A model generated the notes under the pieces. That model was not told where the DNA came from, did not search any database, and was given only the letters and a program-made list of their open reading frames with translations. A stretch of 64,000 nucleotides of DNA from Octopus sinensis (lineage: Eukaryota): positions 1-64,000 of the forward strand of contig NW_021824839.1 in the NCBI RefSeq assembly GCF_006345805.1. Reading direction: 5' to 3'. The position numbers were made by a program, and so were the translations under genes. Positions 53,971 to 64,000 of the stretch are shown here, piece by piece (position 1 is the stretch's first letter; every line of letters starts with the position of its first letter).

Positions 53971-54331
53971 TATATTAGCTGAGTAGCACTCAGCACACAT
54001 TGTTGTACTCTTTTGGAAGCCATAATAACACTGAAAATTCAAATGTTTCTTCGCTATCTGTACTGAAACTAGGATTTTCCCGGTCTGTTCGGAGGCGTGA
54101 GAGCAGCTTTAACAATATAACTCTAGTTTTAGTTGTACTGCACGTCACTAACTTGGCCTGTAAAACTAGTCTGCAAACTGTTTTCGACCCACGGTTTTAA
54201 TTAAACCAATTTAATTCACTTGTGTTATTGCTACGTATAAGGAAATACTAAATGACACGCAATCTCATTAGCCTTTATTCTGGAGCCAGTCGGAGTGAAT
54301 GAAAGGTAAAGAACAAAAGAAAGATACTCAA

Positions 54332-54493
54332 GGCGCAGGAGTGGCTGTGTGGTAAGTAGCTTGCTAACCAACCACATGGTTCCGGGTTCAGTCCCACTGC
54401 GTGGCATCTTGGGCAAGTGTCTTCTACTATAGCCCCGGGCCGACTAATGCCTTGCGAGTGGATTTGGTAGACGGAAACTGAAAGAATCCTGTC

Positions 54494-54549
<56 letters not shown>

Positions 54550-54750
54550 TTGTGTGTCTGTGTTTGTCCCCCTAGCATTGCTTGACAACCGATGCTGGTG
54601 TGTTTACGTCTCCGACACATAGCGGTTCGGCAAAGGAGACTGATAGAATAAGTACTAGGCTTACAAAGAATAAGTCCTGGGGTCGATTTGCTCGACTAAA
54701 GGCGGTGCTCCGGCATGGCCGCAGTCAAATGACTGAAACAAGCAAAAGAG
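54332..54750 (+). mobile_element. SINE family A
   Basis: Full-length copy. Confidence 0.9.
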
Positions 54751-55127
54751 TAAAAGAGTAAAAGAGTAAGAAACGAACGAGCGAGGCACGCTGAAATATT
54801 TAAGTCTGTGTTTCGGCCATCGGTTTCGTATTATAGAAAATATATAGATGTTATTGTGTTGTCTTTATACTATTGTTGTTGTTGCTATTGTTGTGTAGAC
54901 CCATTTGCCAGGATTAATTAGACTCATACCACCACACAGATTGCGGGTCAAATAATTTCATGTGATTCTAGTGCTTCAGACACATCAAGGATATCATCTC
55001 CCTGGTTGACGACCGCACTAAACATTTTAACGTTAAATGATTTATGAAATGGCGTGGAGTGTGGAAGTTTGAGTACGTTACGTTTATTCCGCTGTCTTTC
55101 TGTTACTTTATATATGTGTACGTATAT

Positions 55128-55189
<62 letters not shown>

Positions 55190-55482
55190 CTGTTGATGTT
55201 CTTGTTTAGCCCCAGGTTTTCCTTCATCGAGCAGAGATGTATGCTATGTTAGATGTCTGTGGTCGAAGCGGAGGCTGTTAAAATGGCTGTTGTTATTTCT
55301 CAGCATTTATCATTTGCGGTGAATATATAAATGCAGTATATTTAGGTTAATAATGGTTTCAAATTTTGGCTCAAGGCCAACAAGCGGGGAGTGGGGAAAG
55401 GACGGATAAGTCGATTAGATCGACCTCAGTGCTCTACTGGTACTTATTTTATCGATGGTGGTGTGTTTACGTCCCCGTAACT

Positions 55483-55736
55483 AATGTAAATAATGTACAT
55501 AATTCATCATCTCTGAAATATAGAACAATAAGGAAATGTTGTTCAAACTGAAGTCCTTCTTGAGCAACACATTTTCCTATTCGAGTCAATACAGACGGAA
55601 TTTTGATTTACTGTCGGGTGACTTTTGGCCAAACCTGTATATTAGCTGAGTAGCACTCAGCACATATTGTTGTAGACTTTTGGAAGCCATAATAAAACTG
55701 AAAAATCAAATGTTTCTTCGTTATCTGTACTGAAAC
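55483..55736 (+). repeat. Direct duplicate of 53799-54069 inserted in a SINE A tail
   Basis: A co-linear match spanning the PLE tail, the MITE right TIR and unique flank. Confidence 0.92.
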
Positions 55737-55857
55737 AAAAGAGACCAAGAGAATAAGTACTAGGCTTCCAAAGAATAAATACTGGGGTCGATTTGTTCGA
55801 CTAAAGGCGGTGCTCCAGCATGGCCGCAGTCAAATTACTGAAACAAGTAAACAAAGA

Positions 55858-56090
55858 GTGCAGTCGCGACTGAATGCTTGTTGTGAACTGAAAGAACAGA
55901 TGGAAGTTGATCCGGACCTGTTTTCGAATGTTATCAGTGGTGATGAAAGATGTGGAAGAGATAAAGATAAAAAAAACGACGGATGCGTTAAAAGGCATCC
56001 TTCCACAAGAGTTCCAGCACTGCTTCGAACAGTGGAAAACGGGTCTGGACCGACGCGTTGCTTCAAATGGAGAACACTTTGAAAGGGATA
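55858..56090 (+). mobile_element. Mariner fragment, same family and similar deletion as 15060-15650
   Basis: QSRLNACCELKEQMEVDPDLFSNVISGDE joined to DVEEIK..QEFQHCFEQWK..ASNGEHFERD. Confidence 0.75.
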
Positions 56091-56124
56091 ACTCTTTACG
56101 CTTTTACTCTTTTTTTACTCTTTT

Positions 56125-56500
56125 ACTTGTTTCAGTCATTTGACTGTGGCCATGCTGGAGCACCACCTTTAGTCGAGCAAATCGACCCCAGGACTTATTC
56201 TTTGGAAGCCTAGTACTTATTCTATCGATCTCTTTTGCCGAACCCCTAAGTTACGAGGACGTAAACACACCAGCATCAGTTGTCAAGCGATGTTGGGAGG
56301 ACAAACACAGACACACACATACATATATATACATATATACGACGGGCTTCTTTCAGTTTCCGTCTACCAAATCCACTCACAAGGCTTTGGTCGGCCTGAG
56401 GCTATAGTACAATACACTTGCCCAAGGTGCCACGTAGTGGGACTGAACCCTGAACGATGTGGTTGGTAAGCAAGCTACTTACCACACAGCCACTCCTACC
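56125..56500 (-). mobile_element. SINE family A
   Basis: Full-length copy. Confidence 0.9.
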
Positions 56501-57400
56501 CCTATAAAAGTGTAAACGTGTAAAATTAAGTGAATAAAATAATATTGCAAAATTCGGGTGTCTTTTAGGTACCCCCTCGTATACCATCGAAACCAGGTAA
56601 CCGGCTCTATAAGTCAATATAACCCGACAGGAACTTTATCATCCTGTTTTTTTTTCTTTTCTTTTTTTCTTACTTTTTTACCTTCACAACGAAAGTACTT
56701 AGAGCTTTTACCTAAAGTCTAGAATGTGACATTTATCTACTTCGATAAAAAAAGAATAATATAATGTTATCTATTTCTTTGACGTCATAATACTTTCAAT
56801 AATAGAATTATATCACCAAGATATTTTCGTTGATAATTCCGAAGGTCTTTCGGATATTGAAATATTAATAGTATTTTCAGACATGAACTTCCGTCACTTA
56901 CCAACTCATACCTGCTTGCTTAAACAATATAACGCGAATGGATTTTGTACATAATTTGATTAATTAAACGTTTTAATTATCCTTGATTTCTGACGTCAAT
57001 GCAACGTCGGTTGTAAAATCAGCCTTTCAATAAAAGTCTTTCCAGATTAATTTATTCATAAAGCATCACAAAAAAAATTTCTATGTGGTTTAAGACGCGT
57101 CACTAAAATCTAGGGCCGCCAAACTGGGGTACAATTGTCTGATTACGCAACATATTCCGGGTGGCAATCTGCTTCCGTCTTTTTTATTTTTTTTTCATTC
57201 ATTTAGTCTACTTGATTTTTAAGAGTCCGACTGAATAAATTATGAACTTAGTAAATTATTTAGAACAGACCAACGAACAATCCGTGTATATACATATATA
57301 TGTATGTGTGTATGTTTAAAAAAAACACACATATACACAATCATGTGTGTGTATATATATGTATATATAGGTGTGCATTATATATATATATATGGCTATA

Positions 57401-57790
57401 GGCGCAGGAGTGGCTGTGTGGTAAGTAGCTTGCTAACCAACCACATGGTTCCGGGTTCAGTCCCACTGTGTGGCATCTTGGGCAAGTGTCTTCTGCTATA
57501 GCCCCGGGCCGACCAATGCCTTGTGAGTGGATTTGGTAGACGGAAACTGAAAGAAGCCTGTCGTATATATGTATATATATGTATATATGTGTGTGTGTTT
57601 GTCCCCCTAGCATTGCTTGACAACCAATGCTGGTGTGTTTACGTCCCCGTCACTTAGCGGTTCGGCAAAAAGAGACCGATAGAATAAGTACTGGGCTTAC
57701 AAAGAATAAGTCCCGGGGTCGATTTACTCGACTAAAAGCGGTGCTCCAGCATGGCCGCAGTCAAATGACTGAAACAAGTAAAAGAGTAAA
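57401..57790 (+). mobile_element. SINE family A
   Basis: Full-length copy. Confidence 0.9.
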
Positions 57791-58136
57791 AGAGTATATA
57801 TATATTACGTTGTTAATGTCCTGTAATTTGTATTTCTGCACCATTTCTCCATTTTTTTCCGTCCTTGTTTTCGTATACATTCGCTGCTTTCTTCCAAGGA
57901 ATTTAGAGCTCTTAGCTTAGTTTTACCTCAGGGCGGGCCAGATTCGAGTATAACCAGCCGAAATTGCAAAGATAATCTGGAACTCGACTGAGGAAAGAAA
58001 ACTCCGAATGACCCGTCCTTGTTTTCTTTGTATCGTCTGTCAGAATGTTTTGTCCCTTTTTTTGTATCACCTGTCTGGATGATTTGTGTTCTTGTCCCAT
58101 TTTTCCTTAATATATATATATATATATATATATATA

Positions 58137-58535
58137 GGCACAGGAGTGGCTGTGTGGTAAGTAGCTTGCTTACCAACCACATGGTTCCGGGTTCAGTCCC
58201 ACTGCCTGTCACCTTCAACAAATGTCTTCTACTATAGCCTCGGGTCGACCAAACCTTGTGAGTGGATTTGGTAGACGGAGACTGAAAGAAACCTGTCGTA
58301 GATATGTATACGTATATATATGTGTGTATGTTTGTGTGTGTGTGTTTGACCTACCCCACCAAAATCGCTTGACAACCGATGGTGGTGTGTTTACGTCCCC
58401 GTAACTTAGCAGTTCTGCAAAAGAGATCGATAGAATATGTACTAGGCTTACGAAGAATAAGTCCTGGGGTCAATTTGTTCGAATAAATGTGGTGCTCCAG
58501 CATGGCCGCAGTAAAATGACTGAAACAAGTAAAAG
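58137..58535 (+). mobile_element. SINE family A (diverged)
   Basis: Full-length copy. Confidence 0.85.
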
Positions 58536-58567
58536 AGTAAAAAGAGAGTATATATATATATATATAT

Positions 58568-58866
58568 AACTAGCAGTATCGCCGGCGTTGCTTGGGTTTG
58601 TAAGGGAAATAACTATATAAGCATTTTTAGAGAGTTATAGCCAAAAAATAGCAAAAAAATGCATTAAAAATGGAAAAAAATTATCGTAAATTTTTTTTTT
58701 AATCGTAGACTCATCGTAGACGCGTGCTAATACCCAGAAGGGCTCGATATGAATCACGACTATAAGATACCCGTTTTTGGTTAAACTGCACCGCAAAATG
58801 CGGGAGTTGGTAGGAATCTAAATCGTAGGAGACAGACACACAACTTGACTTTTATATATAAAGATT
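58568..58866 (+). mobile_element. Non-autonomous Helentron/DINE-like element
   Basis: The 5' end AACTAGCAGTATCGCCGGCGTTGCTTGGG and the 3' end gacagacacacaac..ttttatatataaagat resemble HINE/DINE-1 termini, recalled from known families. Confidence 0.55.
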
Positions 58867-59331
58867 ACAAGAGAAATTTGAGACTTCGTTCTAACATAAT
58901 CCATTACTGTTCGAAACTTTTGTGCTACTTTTAATACAATAGAGAACAACTGATCTGACAGCCCTGCTAAAAACTAAATCTTAAGACTTGCATTTGTGCC
59001 TTAATCCTGCCAATTAAGAACGATAATTTCCTAATCTTTAGAATATCTTTTAATTTATTCAGGTTTCTTCTTCTATCGACTTGCGTCGGACATGATGACT
59101 GATGAGCTACGTATCCCGTTAATTATAGGATTTGCGTGTCATTGTTTCCTCATTATGTCGTTCAAAGTTAATTAGTATTGCTGCATAGAGCGGTGAGTTG
59201 GCAGAGTCGTTAACATGTCGGTCAAAATGGTCAGCAGTATTTCTTCTGGCTTAAAGACGGCAAGCTGGCAGAACAGGAATAGTTGGTACGCCGAAAAAAA
59301 TGATTGGCGACATTTATTCCGGCTTTACGTT

Positions 59332-59431
<100 letters not shown>

Positions 59432-59519
59432 TATATATATACAGAACCCTCAAAATCAACACCTCAAAACTAATAAATATTCAAGATATGTTTCCACTGA
59501 AACAACAAAACATATAATC

Positions 59520-59820
59520 CTTTCCAACCATACGGTTCCGGGTTCAGTCCCACTGCGTGGGAACTTGCGCAAGTATCTTTTTCTGCAGCCTCCGGGACGA
59601 CCAAAACCTTGTGAGTGGATTTGGTAGACGGAAACTGAAAGAAGCCCCTATAATGTACATACGTACGTATTTGTGCATCTATGTTTGTCCCCCCCCCCCA
59701 TCATCGCTTGACAACCGATGTTGGTGTGTTTACGTCAAACAATAAGCCCTGGGTTCGATTTGTTCGACTAAAGGCGGTGCTCCAGTATGGCCGCAGTCAA
59801 GCAACTGAAACAAGTAAAAG
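59520..59820 (+). mobile_element. SINE family A, partial
   Basis: 5'-truncated with an internal deletion. Confidence 0.8.
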
Positions 59821-60109
59821 AATATGCATACATTACCATTAATAAGCAGTTATTTATTATTCGAATACCTGTCGAGGTCAACTTCGCCTTTTCGTCCTTT
59901 TGGTGTGGATAAAATAAATGCCAGTCATATACTGGGGTCGAGGAAATCGACTATCGCATTTCCCCACAAAATTTCAGGCCTTGCATCAAGAGTAACAGGG
60001 GATTATTACAGTAGGAAATCAATCTAAAAAACAATCAAAATAATAGCGAAATCAACATAAAACAAAGACCATTCCCTTCACTTCACTTTAGCATTATTTG
60101 TAATATTTA

Positions 60110-60690
60110 AGGCGGCGAGCTGGCAGAAACGTTAGCACGCCGGGCGAAATGCTTAGCGGTATTTCGTCTGGCGTTACGTTCTGGGCTCAAATTCCGCCGA
60201 GGTCGACTTTGCCTTTCATCCTTTCGGGGTCAATTAAATAAGTACCAGTTGCACACTGAGTTCGATATAATCGACTTAATCCGTTTGTCTGTCCTTGTTT
60301 GTCCCCTCTGTGTTTAACCCCTTGTGGGTAGTAAAGAAATAGGTATTTCGTCTGCTATTACGTTCTGAGTTCAAAATCCACCGAGGTCGACTTTGCTTTT
60401 CATCCTTTCAGGGTCGATTAAATAAGTACCAGTTACGCACTGGGGTCGATATAATCGACTTAATCCGTTTGTCTGTCCTTGTTTGTCCCCTCTGTTTAGC
60501 CCCTTGTGGGTAGTAAAGAAATAGGTATTTCGTCTGTATTTACGTTCTGAGTTCAAACTCCGCCGAGGTCGACTTTGCCTTTGATCCTTTCGGGGTCGAT
60601 AAATTAAGTACCAGTTACGTACTGAGGTCGATCTAATCGACTGGCTCCCTCCCCCAAAATTTCGGGCCTTGTGTCTAGAGTAGAAAATAT
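60110..60690 (+). mobile_element. SINE family B trimer
   Basis: Two identical GAAATAGG|TATTTCGTCTG junctions, with a terminal short-tail unit. Confidence 0.92.
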
Positions 60691-60714
60691 TATTTGTAAT
60701 ATTCTTTCATTCTT

Positions 60715-60927
60715 TTACTTGTTTCAGTCATTTGATTGCGACCATGCTGGAGCACCGCCTTTTTGTCGATCAAATCGACCTCAGGGCTTATTCTTTGTAT
60801 ACGTAGTAATTATTCTATCGGTCCCTTTTGCCGAACCTCTAAGTTACGGGGACGTAAACGCACCAACATTGGCTTCAAGTGATTGTAGGGGGACAAACAC
60901 AAATACATACATACATACATACATACA

Positions 60928-60961
<34 letters not shown>

Positions 60962-61121
60962 CGACGGGTTTCTTTCAGTTTCCGTCAACCAAATCCATTC
61001 ACAAGGCTTCGGTCGGCTCGAGGCTATAGTAGAAGACACTTGCCCAAGATGCCACGTAGTGGGACTGAACCCAGGACCATGTGGTTGGGAAGCAAGCTTC
61101 TTACCACACAGCCACTCCTGA
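60715..61121 (-). mobile_element. SINE family A
   Basis: Full-length copy with an internal (ATAC)n tract. Confidence 0.85.
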
Positions 61122-61554
61122 GCCTTGGTATAAAACTTATCGCCGCTGGAAACTCCGACATGTTCAGTGAACAGGTCGCAGTTCCGAGTGAAGAAAATGA
61201 TTGACGTCAAATAACATATATGTGTATCACAATAGTTTGACTCAAAGTTCCGTAGGCGTAAATTATGCTCACCATTGCGTCAGAGATTCGGAGATAGAGT
61301 TTAATTGCTATTATTTTTAGCTGAGAAGCGACAAGAATGACATAAGAACCTAGATTTTCGTACCAAAGTACAAGTTTGATAAGTGCCACCACACTTGTCG
61401 AACTTGCTTCATGAATCTGCCTCGCAATTTTTCATCGTACGTGCATGCGTGTGCGCGCGTGTATCTTTTATCTTCTAATTTTGCAATCATTGACTTCCAG
61501 CTATGCTGGAGCACCGCCCCCAAGTGTTTTCCTCGATCGAATCAAACTCAGTGC

Positions 61555-61600
61555 TTTCCACTGATGAGGTCCAGTAGACCGAAATCACGTGATATGGGAA
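61555..61600 (+). ncRNA. Type I hammerhead ribozyme, fully canonical core
   Basis: TTTCCA-CTGATGA-GGTC(CAGTA)GACC-GAA-ATCACGTGAT-A-TGGGAA. All three stems pair. The AUA cleavage site falls after 61594. Confidence 0.85.
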
Positions 61601-61780
61601 TTCCAGCGCCCATGACAGACGATGATATGAGGATCTCTCAAGGCTAATATCGCAGTATTTGGTGTTCCACTAAAGACATCCATGTAAAGTCGGATATAAA
61701 GATTATCTTTTGGTATGAAGACTGGTATTCCATTGCTAATATATGTGTTCGTGTATCTCTCTCTCTTCTCTCTCCCCCCT

Positions 61781-61819
<39 letters not shown>

Positions 61820-61826
61820 CTATCTA

Positions 61827-62391
61827 TTGGGTTGTCCGGAAAATTCGTGCCGATTTATAGTAGCTTACCTTTCGACTTATTTTAGAACATGGTTGAGTCC
61901 ATAAAATAGGATTTGACTACATCTCCATTTAGAATACAGTTTAAGCTATCTTTTCGTGGAAGAAGGTTTATATTCCTATAACCTGTGTTAATTCTGTAAC
62001 CCTTTAAAACGGAAGATAAGAAAGTTCATTTTCGGCACTTGATGCTTTGGGAACCAGGCAAAAATTGCTGCAGCTCGGCTGGGATGTGTTATCCCACCCT
62101 CCATATTCACCAGATATTGCTCCTTCGGATTTCCACTTATTCAGGTCTCTGCAGAATAGTCTTAATGGTAAAAATTTCAATTCCTTGGATGACATAAAAA
62201 GATACCTTGATGAATTATTTGCCATGGAACCACCTCAATTCTGGGAAGAGGGTATTTTCAAGTTAAAGGTAAATGGAGACGCATTGTACAGCAAAATGGT
62301 TCATATTTGGTTGATTAAAAATGTAATGGCAAGTATTTATTGACCTTTTTCTTTCCTTTAAAAATCGGCACGAACTTTCCGGACAACCCAA
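61827..62391 (+). mobile_element. Internally deleted mariner element
   Basis: TIRs TTGGGTTGTCCGGAAA..., TA TSDs, and a C-terminal transposase fragment GWDVLSHPPYSPDIAPSDFHLF. Inserted at a TA in an (ATCT)n tract. Confidence 0.92.
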
Positions 62392-62466
62392 TATCTATCT
62401 ATCTATCTATCTATCTATCTAAATGTATATATGTGTATTTGAGTATGTGCTTGTATGTGTGTGTGT

Positions 62467-62512
<46 letters not shown>

Positions 62513-62779
62513 ATTAATTATTAGCCATGGAAGTGGTAATAATGCTAAAAGGGATGTATGTATTTGGAAGGCTTTCACGGAGTTTCCGTTTGCCAAATCC
62601 ACTCACAAAGCATTGGTTAACCCAAGCTATAGGCGCAGACACTTCTCTAAGGTGCTGCGTAGTGTAACTGAACCTGAAACTATGTGGTTACGAAGCGACC
62701 TTCTTAACCACACAGTCATGAGTGTTTCGTCAATGCTGTAGCTTAGCTTCAGTTTCTTAACGGGAGGCCAACTGAAAAA

Positions 62780-63240
62780 TACCTATTTCTTTACTACCCG
62801 CAAGGGGCTAAACACAGAGAGGACAAATAAGGACAGACAAACGGATTAAGTCGATTATATCGACCCCAGTGCGTAACTGGTACATAATTTATCGACCCCG
62901 AAAGGATGAAAGTCAAAGTCGACCTCGGCGGAATTTGAACTCAACGTAACGGCAGACGAAATACGGTTACTTATTTCGCCCGGCGTGCTAACGTTTCTGC
63001 CAGCTAGCCAACCGATAATACCTATCTCTTTACTACCCACAAGGGGCTAAACACAGAGAGGACAGACAAACGGATTAAGTCGATTATATCGACCCCAGTG
63101 CGTAACTGGTACTTAATTTATCGACCCCGAAAGGATGAAAGACAAAGTCGACCTCGGCGGAATTTGAACTCAGAACGTAACGGCAGACGAAATACGGCTG
63201 CGCATTTCGCCCGGCGTGCTAACGTTTCTGCCAGCTCGCC
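62780..63240 (-). mobile_element. SINE family B, two copies
   Basis: Two adjacent long-tail units. Confidence 0.88.
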
Positions 63241-64000
63241 AACCGAAAATACTAAGACCATCAGCGTTGTAGTAGTGGTAAAAAGAATGCCATTTCTGTT
63301 TTAACTTCAAGAGCTGGAGAAAGGGAGATTCACAGTTATTTTAACAAAGCAAGTCAGAGAAAACCAAACTAATCCGAGCACTTAACAAAATGAGATTTGC
63401 TAAATAAAAGAAAAAAAACAAAACAAAAAGAAAAAATGGAAGAGGTATGGGAATTTCAAAAGTAGATTTTTGTACAAAGTTTATTTAGTGATAAGAACAA
63501 CGCACATACATGCATACATACATCACGCACACATTTATGTGCATACCATTATGTGAATACAGAAATTGAAAGAGTTACGTCTCTCTCTCACTAACACTCT
63601 CTCTCTCTCTCTCTCTTTTTCTCTCTCTATCTCTGTGTGTCGGCTTGTGCACAAGCATACATATATAATGCAAATATACTTCATAGGTGAAGTGCAGATA
63701 TTCTCTATATAGACGACACTTAGTGGTGCTCAAAAGATTCAGTCTTAGACTCCGATGTCTTTACAAGGGATCATTCCCCAAGGTAAAGAATGGCTGTAAC
63801 AGGAATCAGGTTGAACTGGTATAGAAGCAATTATTGGGATAAATTAATTAGACACATCAATATATATTCTTTTCTACACAAAACCCGAAATTTGGGGGTG
63901 GGGTAGTCGATTAGATCAACTCCAGTAGGCAACTGGTACTTAATTTATTGAAACCGAAAGGATGAAAGGTAAAATCGACTTTGACGGAATTTGAACTCAG

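Noticed and set aside
57985-58020. CTGAGGA..CTCCGAATG possible hammerhead
   Set aside because: Stem II is poorly paired and GAAAC is absent. It may be a PLE remnant but cannot be supported.

Overview
AT-rich, extremely microsatellite-dense animal genomic DNA. It is most consistent with an octopus or other coleoid cephalopod intron or intergenic region; this assignment rests on recognised repeat families, not on a gene. No intact host protein-coding gene is recognisable, and almost all ORFs in the supplied track are microsatellite or SINE artefacts. The window is a mosaic of mobile elements. There are three or more tRNA-derived SINE families with CORE-, V- and Meta-like modules, many nested or multimeric. 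Non-LTR retrotransposons include a degraded 5'-truncated Tx1/L1-clade element plus a second short copy, both sitting in (ATCT)n; several R4/Dong-like pieces sitting in (TAA)n; an RTE 3' end; and Penelope-like remnants with hammerhead ribozymes and inverted pLTRs. DNA elements include mariner, Tc1 and Tigger remnants, a Helentron-like element, and a MITE carrying telomere-like repeats. The leading candidates for novelty are: (1) an apparently (ATCT/GATA)n-targeting Tx1 retrotransposon; (2) intact dimer-type hammerhead ribozymes, including an orphan at 61555-61600, and inverted arms that end at the ribozyme cleavage site; (3) a long-TIR MITE with a (CCCTAA)n core and an 8-bp TSD; (4) recurrent fold-back inversions with stuttered apices; (5) SINE multimers with identical junctions at independent loci.
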